Source: Acidimicrobiales bacterium (GTDB taxonomy: Bacteria > Actinomycetota > Acidimicrobiia > Acidimicrobiales > CADCSY01). Taken from it: a stretch of DNA of 45,592 nucleotides. The stretch covers positions 1 through 45,592 of the forward strand of contig JBPCJK010000151.1 of the NCBI GenBank assembly GCA_051005375.1, read 5' to 3'. Below the pieces are notes generated by a model. The model was not told the DNA's origin and ran no database searches. It saw nothing but the letters and a program-made list of their open reading frames with translations. Below are positions 1 through 7,690 of this stretch, piece after piece. The position numbers and the translations under genes were made by a program. Every line of letters starts with the position of its first letter. The stretch's first letter is position 1.

Positions 1-80
1 TCGTCCGCTGTCGTCGACGGCGGAGAAGCCTCGGGCGATCTGGCGCCGTGCGGGTCAGTGGGAGATGAGATCTGAGATCT

Positions 81-290
81 TCACACACCCGACAGCCCAG
101 GTGGTGGACCTACCTGAATGGTTACGAATGACAATCCTGAAAGAACGGTAGTGCCCTCTGGAAATCCGTAGAAGTTACACAAGCTCTCAGCTGCTTGTTC
201 AGTTCCGTAGAGGACAACGACAAACAGGTACGCCATCGCTGCAGCCACCAGAGCACACACCAAGCTCCCAGTAATCGCCTTGAGGTTCAC
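81..290 (-). CDS. hypothetical small membrane protein (about 69 aa, GTG start)
   Basis: Distal part of ORF 81..494(-). An in-frame GTG at 290 gives VNLKAITGSLVCALVAAAMAYLFVVVLYG..., with one clear hydrophobic helix. It lies in a visibly lower-GC patch. No recognisable family. Confidence 0.3.
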   Translation of the reverse strand: MNLKAITGSLVCALVAAAMAYLFVVVLYGTEQAAESLCNFYGFPEGTTVLSGLSFVTIQVGPPPGLSGV

Positions 291-661
291 GTCAGCGAAG
301 TGTGATCGCCGGCCCTCTTGCTCCGCACATCGCCGAGGAGCCGGGGCACCTCGCCACACATCGTCGGGGGGCGGAGCGACTTGGCCACCGCCGACCCGTC
401 GCTGCTGGTCGACGCCGAAGTGGGCACTGCCGGTACAGGTGGCGGGAAAGGTGCGGGCCCACGTTCGGGTGCTGGTCGACGCCGACCGGGCCACCGTCGA
501 GGCGCCGGTGCTGGCGATGCCGGCGTGGAGGCCGCCCTGGCCGGCCGACCCGTGCGCCGAGTGGTCGGCGTCCCCGCCGGGATGGTCAACCCGTTGGTGC
601 AGTCCCGGTTCCTGTCACACACCCGTCGTAGCCTCGTGATATGTGTTTGGTCTGCCAACGG

Positions 662-690
662 TTCGACGATCGGCTGACGGCTGCTAGCTT
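662..690 (+). promoter_or_regulatory. candidate promoter for tRNA-Ala (-35 TTCGAC, 17-nt spacer, -10 TAGCTT)
   Basis: TTCGAC at 662-667 and TAGCTT (TAnnnT type) at 685-690 are spaced 17 nt apart. The -10 ends 13 nt before the tRNA 5' end. Pattern match only. Confidence 0.25.
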
Positions 691-703
691 GACTGACCTG
701 AGC

Positions 704-777
704 GGGGGCGTAGCTCAGCTGGTAGAGCGCCTGCATGGCATGCAGGAGGTCCGTGGGTTCGAGTCCCATCGCCTCCA
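704..777 (+). tRNA. tRNA-Ala (anticodon GGC)
   Basis: Hand-folded cloverleaf. Acceptor GGGGGCG/CGCCTCC includes the G3:U70 alanine identity pair. D arm is GCTC-AGCTGGTA-GAGC. Anticodon arm is CCTGC-ATGGCAT-GCAGG, giving anticodon GGC. T arm is GTGGG-TTCGAGT-CCCAT, discriminator A. The variable region appears to be 6 nt, and CCA is not encoded. Confidence 0.9.
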
Positions 778-788
778 CACTCTAAGTG

Positions 789-1276
789 ATGTCACCGCCG
801 CGGATCGTGAGAGCGGCTTCTTCCTCGGTGGACTCGTCGCTGGAGAGGGCAGCTTCATCGTCACCCGCAAGCTTCCCGCCTTCGCCAACGGTGATCCTCG
901 CCTCCGCTTTGTGTTCCAAGTCACCATGGCGGATCGCGACCGGCGCCTCCTGGAGGACCTTCAAGCATTCCTGAAGTTCGGCTCGCTCTACGACCGGACA
1001 GCGCGCAATGGTCGCTGGCTCCCGACGGCGTCATTCACCATCAACTCGATCTCCGCTCATCGAGCGGCGACCATCCCATTCGCCGAGCGGTACTTGTTGC
1101 CCTGTGCCAAGCGAGACCAGTTCGAACTGTGGCGGGCTGCCCTCGATGCCTTCGACGCCGCCCATCCCAACCGCTACGGCAAGGGCCCTTCTCCCTGCTC
1201 GAAACCGGGATGCGGACTTCCCGTACGAGGGAGAGGCCTGTGCCGGTCTCACTACTACCGTGCTACCGGCTACTGA
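789..1276 (+). CDS. LAGLIDADG-type homing endonuclease-like protein with C-terminal CCCH zinc knuckle (start region frame-disrupted)
   Basis: ORF 641..1276 contains GFFLGGLVAGEGSFIV (LAGLIDADG motif with acidic E), then a typical core (...RFVFQVTMADRDRRLLEDLQAFLKFGSL...IPFAERYLLPCAKRDQFELW). The tail is CSKPGCGLPVRGRGLCRSHYY. The only in-frame start codons lie inside or upstream of the tRNA. GTGATG at 786-791 is one base out of frame. A 1-nt indel after ATG 789 would give MSTAADRESGFF..., parallel to the paralog's N-terminus. Confidence 0.6.
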
Positions 1277-1703
1277 CATTGCCTCCTTCGTCGCCGGCTT
1301 CGTAGCCGCGGAGGGCTGCTTCATCGTTTCCGGAGAGCCGCTGTCGTTCACCTTCGCGGTCGCCCTCGGAGCGGCTGACGCGGGGACGTGCGAGTTGCTG
1401 GCGGAGTTCCTCGGCGTGGGCCACGTCACCCAGGCGCCTCGACGCCACGCCCACTACGACGACGAAGTTACCTTCGCCGTGCGCTCACTCTCCGACCTCG
1501 TCGAGGTAGTGGTGCCGTTCATGGACGAGCACCTGGTGTCGTCGTACAAGCGGCGGCAGTACGAGGTGTGGCGGGGCCGCCTACTCGACTACTGGGAGCA
1601 CCATGCCAAGCGAGTGCGCCCCTGTTCGGTGGACGGTTGCGCCCTGCCCCGAAGGGCGAGAGGGCTGTGCCGGCATCACTACTACGCCGCGTACCACCGC
1701 TGA
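1260..1703 (+). CDS. LAGLIDADG-type homing endonuclease-like protein with C-terminal CCCH zinc knuckle (paralog 2)
   Basis: GTG at 1260, in frame with ORF 1008..1703, overlaps the stop of the previous gene by 17 nt. Product is MLPATDIASFVAGFVAAEGCFIV...VVPFMDEHLVSSYKRRQYEVW..., ending CSVDGCALPRRARGLCRHHYY. Same architecture as the upstream gene. Confidence 0.65.
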   Translation: MLPATDIASFVAGFVAAEGCFIVSGEPLSFTFAVALGAADAGTCELLAEFLGVGHVTQAPRRHAHYDDEVTFAVRSLSDLVEVVVPFMDEHLVSSYKRRQYEVWRGRLLDYWEHHAKRVRPCSVDGCALPRRARGLCRHHYYAAYHR

Positions 1704-1914
1704 CGTCGGAGCCACCGTGCGTGGGTTTCACCGGTCAAGATGGTGGTGACGGCCATGTCGGCCGGTGTTGACCAGGTCGGCGCCGTTGATGGCGGCACGG
1801 GCGGAAAGCCATCCCTCGAGAGGGACGGCTTTCCACGCCATGTCCGAAAACCGCTGCCAGGGGCAGCGAAGAGCTGGGCGGTCGCCGGTTACACCACCCG
1901 GAGGGTCCGCCAGA

Positions 1915-3651
1915 TCAGTCGTAGGTGGCCTCCACCGTCCAGCGCCGGTCCTGGAGGACCAAGAGGTAGGCATCACCAGTGGTGGTGACTACTTGGATCC
2001 GGGCTTGGCGGCACCGGGCGGCTTCGTCCCACCACCGCTCGTCGGTGGGCCAGGGGCCGCACCAGGCGGCAACCTCCACCCAGGGCCCCCCGACCAACGA
2101 CACCCAAGCAGGAGCAGCGGTGACCAGGCCCCGACCGCTCACCTGCACGGGCCGGCCGGCGGTGTCCACCACCTCGGCGGGCACGGTCCCCTGGTGGACC
2201 ACCACCGGCGAGGGCGCCGGCACGCGCCCCGGCCAGGGGGCGTCGAGACCGTCTCCCTGCCCAACGGCGTGGCTGGCTCCTGGCCCGACGGACCGGCTGC
2301 TGTCGGCCCGACGACCCTCGGCCGGCTGCTCCTCGGACCGTCTGGCAGATCCCCGAACGTCGGCATGGGCAGCCACCAGCGTCACCCTCGTTCCTGGCCC
2401 CCGCCCGCCCCGGGGCCGGGGGACGACCACGGCCTCGGGGCCGAGCAGACCCTGGAGCCGGGCCACTCCCCGGGCCGCCCGCTCGTCGGCGGCGGTGGCC
2501 CCACCCCAAAAGCCCAGCTGGCTACCGCGGTCGGCCGCCACCTCCTCGGGGACCAGGCGCAGGACCGAGATCCCGCCGGAGGGGCGCACGGCGGCGGTGC
2601 CGTTGCACCACCCGTCCAGCTGCCAGCGGGTCCGCTCCACCAGGGCGGACGCCAGGGCCAGGCCCTCGGTCCGCCACCGCCGGGACAAGGTCTCGCCGTG
2701 CTCGGTCTCGGCCTCGATGCGCACCCGGGCGCAGGCCAACCCCCGCACGGCCAGGCGCTCGGCCAGCTCACCGGCCAGGGCCCGGGCCACGAAGGCGGCG
2801 GCCTCGACCTGTGCAGCCGGAGGGTCGAGCTCGGCGGCCACCGTGAGATCGGGAGGAGAGACCCGAGGCCGAGGCGGACGGTCGTCAAGGCCCCGGCACA
2901 GCCGGGCCACGGTGGCCCCGGCGGGGCCGAAACGCCCGACGAGGCTGGCGACGGGAACGCCGGCCGCCGCACCCAGGGTGCGAAGGCCCAGCCTCGGCAA
3001 CAGCTCGGCAAGCTCAGCCACCGCCTCGGTTGGCCCGAAGCCCATCGCCGCAGCGTGGTGGAGGGAGGCCACGGGCATCGGAGCCAACCAGGCGGCGCTG
3101 GCGCCGGGCTCGACCACCAGGCCCCCCAGGTCCTTGCGAGCAGCCAACAGGGCGGCGAAGAGGCCGTCGGCCATCCCCACCCGACACCGGTCCCGGCCAT
3201 CGGGGCCTCGGCCCTTGCCTGGGCGCTGGCTCACGCTGTCGAGGGCCTCCTCGACCTGGGCGGCGACCCGGGCGGCGAGGACGTGATCACCACCGAAGTA
3301 GCGCGACGGCCCCCGGGTGGGCAGGGCCAGGGTGCCGGGGCGCAGCACCTCCAGGCGGGGGGCGATCGCCTCTACGGCGGTGGCCACCACCTCGAAGGCC
3401 CGAGCCTCGCCGTCGGCATCGGCAGCGACCACCCGCACCCCCGGGCAGCACGCCTCGGCCTCCCTCCTGCGCATACCCACGTGCAGTCCCCGAGCCCGAG
3501 CCGCCGCCGAGCACGCCACCACCCGCCCGCCGGCTCCGCCCACAACCGCCACCGGTTCGTCGGCCACGATGCCAGCGGTGATGGCGGCGGCCACCACCGG
3601 CCAGTCGGGGTACCACGCAACCAGGGCCCGCACCGGCTTCGAGTCCGTCAC
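1915..3651 (-). CDS. imuB: ImuB, Y-family polymerase-like mutasome subunit
   Basis: 578-aa ORF. The N-terminus VRALVAWYPDWPVVAAA...ACSAAARARGLHVGMRRREAEACCPGV...GPSRYFGG matches the ImuB pattern. The start overlaps the stop of the upstream imuA'-like gene, indicating an operon. Confidence 0.85.
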   Translation of the reverse strand: MTDSKPVRALVAWYPDWPVVAAAITAGIVADEPVAVVGGAGGRVVACSAAARARGLHVGMRRREAEACCPGVRVVAADADGEARAFEVVATAVEAIAPRLEVLRPGTLALPTRGPSRYFGGDHVLAARVAAQVEEALDSVSQRPGKGRGPDGRDRCRVGMADGLFAALLAARKDLGGLVVEPGASAAWLAPMPVASLHHAAAMGFGPTEAVAELAELLPRLGLRTLGAAAGVPVASLVGRFGPAGATVARLCRGLDDRPPRPRVSPPDLTVAAELDPPAAQVEAAAFVARALAGELAERLAVRGLACARVRIEAETEHGETLSRRWRTEGLALASALVERTRWQLDGWCNGTAAVRPSGGISVLRLVPEEVAADRGSQLGFWGGATAADERAARGVARLQGLLGPEAVVVPRPRGGRGPGTRVTLVAAHADVRGSARRSEEQPAEGRRADSSRSVGPGASHAVGQGDGLDAPWPGRVPAPSPVVVHQGTVPAEVVDTAGRPVQVSGRGLVTAAPAWVSLVGGPWVEVAAWCGPWPTDERWWDEAARCRQARIQVVTTTGDAYLLVLQDRRWTVEATYD

Positions 3652-4529
3652 CCCACTTGCCCTCGTTCTTTGTCAGATGAACCGTCCTGGGCACTGCTGA
3701 GCCGACAAAGGACAGACTGGGGCGCGGGCACGTCTGCCCCCGGAGCCAGCCGCCCGTCAGAGCCGGGGAGCCACAGCGGGATGCGCCGCTCCCGAGCCGA
3801 CGCCCCCCGCCCTTCGGCCACCACCTCCACCTGTCGGGCCTCCAGGTGACCGGGGCCGCCGAGAGGGCCGATCCAGGCCGAAGAGGCGGTCCGGAGGCGG
3901 ATGTCGGCGGCTTGGGGCCAGCCTCGACCAGCGGGAACGGCCGCCCCCGCCCCGAGCGCGTGCGGGGCCACGGGCACCAGCACCGAACCGCGCTCTCGAG
4001 CCCGAGCGACCAGGCGGCGGGCCTCGCCGAGCGCCACCCGCCGGGGCAGGCCCACCCAGACGAGGTCGACGGCATCGAGCAGGGCGGCCACCACCGTGGC
4101 CCACGCCCCCGACGGTGGATCGGGCACCACCACCACCCGCTCCAGGACCACGCCCAGCTCGGCGGCGGCCAGCAACCCGAGCGACGGCAGGTTCACGGCG
4201 GCCCCCCACGATCCCGCTGCCGAGGCTGCCGCCCCCAGCGCCAGGGCCAGTGAGGTGGCTCCCGGCGCTCCTTGCACCATGACCGTCGACCCCCGCCGCA
4301 GCCCCCCCTCGGGGAAGAGCGGCTCGAGGGGCGCCAGCACGGGCAAGAGCTGCTCGGCGGCGCCGGCGACGGGACGGACCCACTCCCCCACCTGCCGCAG
4401 GGCATCCGCATCGACGGTTCGGGCCAGGGCCACGCCCGCACTGTAGCGAACGTGCGTTTGACCATGTAACCGAAGCGGGGAGCCTGGCTGGTCCAGTCGC
4501 TGGACATATGCCGGTACGTTCACGTTCAC
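3648..4529 (-). CDS. imuA': ImuA' (RecA-fold SOS mutasome accessory protein)
   Basis: ORF contains LPVLAPLEPLFPEGGLRRGSTVMVQGAPGATSLALALGAAASAAGSWGAAVNLPSLGLLAAAELGVVLERVVVVPDP, typical of ImuA/ImuA'. The true start may be GTG at 4433, because an SOS-box-like site lies inside the longest ORF. Confidence 0.8.
   Translation of the reverse strand: MNVNVPAYVQRLDQPGSPLRLHGQTHVRYSAGVALARTVDADALRQVGEWVRPVAGAAEQLLPVLAPLEPLFPEGGLRRGSTVMVQGAPGATSLALALGAAASAAGSWGAAVNLPSLGLLAAAELGVVLERVVVVPDPPSGAWATVVAALLDAVDLVWVGLPRRVALGEARRLVARARERGSVLVPVAPHALGAGAAVPAGRGWPQAADIRLRTASSAWIGPLGGPGHLEARQVEVVAEGRGASARERRIPLWLPGSDGRLAPGADVPAPQSVLCRLSSAQDGSSDKERGQVG
4447..4460 (-). promoter_or_regulatory. candidate LexA (SOS/Cheo-type) box CGAACGTGCGTTTG
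   Basis: Matches the Gram-positive consensus CGAAC-RNRY-GTTYC at 13 of 14 positions. It lies just upstream of the in-frame GTG (4433) of imuA', a classic LexA-regulated operon. Confidence 0.45.
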
Positions 4530-4948
4530 TCCTGCCGCCGGAGGCGCACGTCGACAGATCGGGCGAAGTCCCGGAGATCACTGAGGTGCTCGAGGTGCTC
4601 CCATACCAGCGACGGATCGACCTCCAGGTAGCCGTGTACGAGAACGTTGCGCAGCCCGGTCGCTCTCCGTAGCTGGTTCGCCAGCTCGCTGGTCAACCAC
4701 CCCTGATCGGCGAGCAGCGAGAAGGTGCTGCCGTAGGTCTCTGGTGTCGCCGCTGAGTCCTCAGCCACCACGTGCAGGGCGACGTCGATGGCCGACTGGA
4801 TGGCAAGCTGAAGGTGCCGCTCGGCCTGGGCCTGGCGCCCGATGTCGGCCAGGAAGGGCTCCCGCCCCTCTGCTCGGAGGGCCTCCAAAATACTTACCCG
4901 CCGATCGATCTCCCGGAGGCGACGCCGGACGGTCTCAGCCTCGACCAA
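4526..4948 (-). CDS. hepT: HepT-like (DUF86) toxin of a HepT/MntA TA pair
   Basis: Has the R(x4)HxY motif (GLRNVLVHGY) near the C-terminus. A TTG start at 4948 overlaps the mntA stop by 14 nt. The longest ORF extends to 5056. Confidence 0.7.
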   Translation of the reverse strand: MVEAETVRRRLREIDRRVSILEALRAEGREPFLADIGRQAQAERHLQLAIQSAIDVALHVVAEDSAATPETYGSTFSLLADQGWLTSELANQLRRATGLRNVLVHGYLEVDPSLVWEHLEHLSDLRDFARSVDVRLRRQE

Positions 4949-5402
4949 AGCGGTCCTCCTCCAAACGGTGGCGCAGACCCTGCTCCAGGGTCCGTCGGAG
5001 CGGGGCCATGTCCAGGTAGCGATCGACCGTCTCCACCCAGTGGCGCACCCGTGCACCTTCGTCGTTGACGACGATGGGCCGGCCGTCGCTGATCACCCTG
5101 TAGGCCAGCGCCACCGGTGCGTTGTTGAGGACGACGACATCGGCCCGCTCTGATCCCACCACGTCGGCGACCGCGTCGATCAGATCCAGGTCACGGGCGG
5201 GAGGCCAGTCAGGGGCCAAGAGGACGGCGACATCGACGTCCGAACGGCTGCCGGCCGTGCCACGAGCCTGGGACCCGAAGAGGTAGGCCACCAACACGTC
5301 AGGCTCGGAGCCCAGGCGAGTGGCCAACGCCTCGCCCAGCACCTCCCACCCCCGATCAGCCTCAGCCCACCTGGACCCAGCCGAACCGGGCTCCGTGGCC
5401 AT
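4935..5402 (-). CDS. mntA: MntA-like nucleotidyltransferase antitoxin
   Basis: Contains LFGSQARGTAGSRSDVDVAVL (GSxxRG...SDxD minimal nucleotidyltransferase motif). ATG at 5402 (MATEPGS...). Immediately upstream of hepT. Confidence 0.8.
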   Translation of the reverse strand: MATEPGSAGSRWAEADRGWEVLGEALATRLGSEPDVLVAYLFGSQARGTAGSRSDVDVAVLLAPDWPPARDLDLIDAVADVVGSERADVVVLNNAPVALAYRVISDGRPIVVNDEGARVRHWVETVDRYLDMAPLRRTLEQGLRHRLEEDRFGRG

Positions 5403-5463
5403 GACGTGATGGTAGGCGTACGCCAGCTGCTCTCGGCCGCCAGGATCCGAGGCACCATGGAGC

Positions 5464-6180
5464 ATGGCCGGCAGCAGGAGGGAGGGCAGGGCCCTCACCC
5501 TCACGGGAGCAACGCTGGGCCTGGTCGCCGCCGCCGGGTTCGCCCTGATCCTCGTGGTGGGCGCCGAGCCCCCGGAACGCAGCCTGGCCAGCCTAGCCTT
5601 CCCCCTGGTGTGGGCCATGCCGGCGCTGCTGGCCCTGCTGTCGCTTCGCTCCCGACCGGTGCTGCTGGTCCCCGCCACCGTGGTCAGCGTCCCTCTGGCG
5701 CTCACCGCCTTCTCCGGCGTCACCCTGGTGCTGCTCGTCCCCGCTGTCTTCTACGCGCTGGCCTACCGCCGCCGTCGACCGAGCCCGACGACGCCGGCGC
5801 GCACGGCCCTGGCCGTCATGGCGCCGGTGCTGGCCACCGCCGGTGCCGTCGTCGTCCTCCTCGCCCATCCCGACCCGTTGTGTTGGAGCTATGTGGAGGA
5901 CCGCGGGGGCGACCGCACCTACACCACGGCGGACAGCAATGACTGTGGCCAGGAGATGGGAGGCGGACGGATCCCGACCACGCAGGACGTCGCGGTGCCG
6001 CCGGCCAACCCTGATCTCGTCATCGGGCCCGGGACGCAAGTCGTTGCCTCCGGGGGCGGCAGCACCAGCGACACGGTCACGCCGGCGGAGGCAGCGGGCG
6101 CGGCCGGCCTCCTCGCCGCCGGTCTGGCGGTGGCCTGGACGGCCGGTGCCAGGCGCCAGCCCCACGACACGCCTGGGTAG
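5464..6180 (+). CDS. hypothetical multi-pass membrane protein
   Basis: 238-aa ORF with several hydrophobic helices, then an extracytoplasmic stretch (CWSYVEDRGGDRTYTTADSNDCGQE), a final hydrophobic segment and a basic tail. Its last ~60 codons are duplicated at 7691..7880. Confidence 0.6.
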   Translation: MAGSRREGRALTLTGATLGLVAAAGFALILVVGAEPPERSLASLAFPLVWAMPALLALLSLRSRPVLLVPATVVSVPLALTAFSGVTLVLLVPAVFYALAYRRRRPSPTTPARTALAVMAPVLATAGAVVVLLAHPDPLCWSYVEDRGGDRTYTTADSNDCGQEMGGGRIPTTQDVAVPPANPDLVIGPGTQVVASGGGSTSDTVTPAEAAGAAGLLAAGLAVAWTAGARRQPHDTPG

Positions 6181-6188
6181 CCTCGTCC
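6000..6188. repeat. direct repeat copy 1 (~190 bp), 3' end of membrane protein gene
   Basis: Aligned by eye to 7691..7880 with scattered substitutions (roughly 10 mismatches) and one indel. Confidence 0.85.
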
Positions 6189-6204
6189 CCGGGCGATGGC
6201 AGGC

Positions 6205-6475
6205 GCACGGCGGCCACCCCACGATCCCGCCGCCGAGGCTGCCGCCCCCAGCGCCAGGGCCAGCGAGGTAGCGCCCGGCGCTCCCTCCACCATGACCGTC
6301 GACCCCCGCCGCATCCCTCCCTCAGGAAAGAGCGGCTCGAGGGGCGCCAGTACAGCCAAGAGTTGCTCGTCGGTGCCGGCGACGGGACGGACCACTCCCC
6401 CACCTGGCGCAGGGCATCCGAATCGGCGGTCCGAGCCAGGGCCACGCCGCTACGGTAGCGAGCGACTGTTCCGAG
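6205..6475 (-). pseudogene. imuA' 5' fragment (diverged partial duplicate of 4199..4460)
   Basis: Encodes VRPVAGTDEQLLAVLAPLEPLFPEGGMRRGSTVMVEGAPGATSLALALGAAASAAGSWG, close to ImuA' residues from 3648..4529. Homology ends abruptly after ...SWG. A degenerate SOS-like box CGAGCGACTGTTCC lies at 6459-6472. Confidence 0.7.
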
Positions 6476-6742
6476 CGGCCGCTGCCGGGCCCCTTGGCCC
6501 AAGGAACGTCAGGGGAGCCACATTACTGCTTGACCACCGTCAGATCCCATACTATTCTAGCAGAGACTGTTTCCAAAAACAGCCGTTACTGGAAAGACAT
6601 CAGATGCAGTGTCTTTCTCCGCAAAGATACGCCTGACGAACAGCGGTACCGAACATCCGCTGGATCGACGCCCTAACTATCTCACTAGTCCTCGTGCAGT
6701 TGGGCAAACACACAGAACTCGACCACACTTAGAGGAGGGAAT

Positions 6743-7120
6743 ATGTTCTTCCGCCGATTCATACTTGCGGTTTCACTAATCTCACTCTTCATCTTTGCAC
6801 CAGCAACTCCAGCGTCCGCCACTACAGACGATGCTAGCGGTTGCAACCTCAAAACCTGTATCTACGTCGCATCTGGTGGTGGCTCTGGCCCAGATATAGT
6901 CGAGATTCAGGTATCAACCAAGAGTTCCGTACCGTATCAATGCGCGATCGCTTCTCTTTACATAAATGGTAATCTAGTCGTGACGGACTCCGCCGGTTGC
7001 GCGCAGGGATTCGTCCATTACTTCTCTAGCCCATGGGTCCCGCACACTTACAACAGAGGGGACCGGATCTGCGTCAAGGGTAGTTGGGGTAACGGTAAGC
7101 CTTGCGAAACCGTCGGATAG
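6743..7120 (+). CDS. hypothetical secreted Cys-containing small protein
   Basis: Strong SD (AGAGGAGGGAATATG). Signal-peptide-like N-terminus MFFRRFILAVSLISLFIFAPATPASA. Six Cys in the mature part. Low-GC codon usage unlike the neighbouring genes. Confidence 0.7.
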   Translation: MFFRRFILAVSLISLFIFAPATPASATTDDASGCNLKTCIYVASGGGSGPDIVEIQVSTKSSVPYQCAIASLYINGNLVVTDSAGCAQGFVHYFSSPWVPHTYNRGDRICVKGSWGNGKPCETVG

Positions 7121-7160
7121 GCAGTCGTCGACCGAGCGAACTGGTTTCGGTAGGGCCCGT

Positions 7161-7191
7161 CCTTGCGCTCGACGTAGCGTTGAGCGCAAGG
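7161..7191 (+). terminator. candidate stem-loop terminator after 6743..7120
   Basis: Perfect 10-bp inverted repeat CCTTGCGCTC/GAGCGCAAGG with an 11-nt loop, 41 nt after the stop. No U-tract, so weak as an intrinsic terminator. Confidence 0.3.
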
Positions 7192-7245
7192 AAGACTTGG
7201 GCCGTCCGAGTTACAAATGTTGCTGGACTTGTTGGAAAACGTGGT

Positions 7246-7608
7246 ATGAGCCTGTCTCGGATTACGCTTGAGTATCAGTCCAGGGATAGGGACGGCGTCC
7301 TGTGCGAAGCATTGGCCATAGACGAGCGCCTTCCAGAGACCATATATCTGGATGGGTGGTGTCTATCCCAGGGCGGTGACGAGATCGATCTTATGGGCTC
7401 TTTCCCCGTGTGGGAGTTCGCTGGCTCCCGTCCGATCCATATCGAGAGGGGAAACAGATGCGGTATATCGTTCTCTCTCGCATGTTTCGGCGGCGATCCT
7501 GAATCGGGAAACGTCATCGGACGTGTGGGAATAGGTAACCGGGGCGTCCGCGCTATCTTGGCTCATAGCATCGGTGGGGGAGGAAGTTCGATGCCCATCG
7601 CACGGTGA
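7246..7608 (+). CDS. hypothetical cytoplasmic protein (120 aa) in low-GC cassette
   Basis: In-frame ATG at 7246 within ORF 7102..7608 (MSLSRITLEYQSRDRDG...). No signal peptide and no recognisable family. Same strand as the secreted protein and directly downstream of it. Confidence 0.4.
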   Translation: MSLSRITLEYQSRDRDGVLCEALAIDERLPETIYLDGWCLSQGGDEIDLMGSFPVWEFAGSRPIHIERGNRCGISFSLACFGGDPESGNVIGRVGIGNRGVRAILAHSIGGGGSSMPIAR

Positions 7609-7690
7609 CGACGAGGTCCGCTGCTCCTGTAGAGCCACCACCTAAATAGATGGTGCTGATCCCTACGCTGGCTCCGGCCGTCCCCAGGGC

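Noticed and set aside
1-72. Possible 3' end of a plus-strand CDS (...GDLAPCGSVGDEI*), and the duplicated AGATCT palindromes at 68-82.
   Set aside because: 24 codons are too few to support a call. The AGATCT pair can only form a very short stem with a minimal loop.
287-778. 163-aa minus-strand ORF and several overlapping ORFs in 280-700, plus a 16-nt direct repeat TGCTGGTCGACGCCGA at 404-419 and 470-485.
   Set aside because: The minus ORF begins as the antisense of the tRNA. All frames give Arg/Pro/Gly-rich nonsense. I could not assign coding potential or an RNA fold. The region may be a gene remnant but is unsupported.
641-1276. The ORF-track start at 641 (or the ATG at 740), which would make the first LAGLIDADG gene read through the tRNA-Ala gene.
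   Set aside because: The upstream residues are simply a translation of the tRNA. A natural N-terminus (ATG 789, MSTAADRESGFF...) parallel to the paralog appears if one base is added. I therefore treat the start as frame-disrupted rather than overlapping the tRNA.
1716-1732. Possible att-type duplicate of the tRNA 3' end (CGTGGGTT shared with the T-arm) downstream of the LAGLIDADG pair.
   Set aside because: Only 8 nt match and the rest diverges. This is too short to support an integration-site duplication.
1765-3849. Very long ORFs opposite or overlapping confidently assigned genes: 1765..3849(+), 11984..14221(-), 18954..20663(-), 24853..26520(+), 26950..29577(+), 31486..33489(-), 37833..39827(+), 37966..39603(-).
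   Set aside because: These are typical high-GC shadow ORFs. Their translations are Arg/Pro/Gly/Ala-rich low-complexity strings with no motifs. In each case the other strand or frame encodes a protein with clear family signatures.
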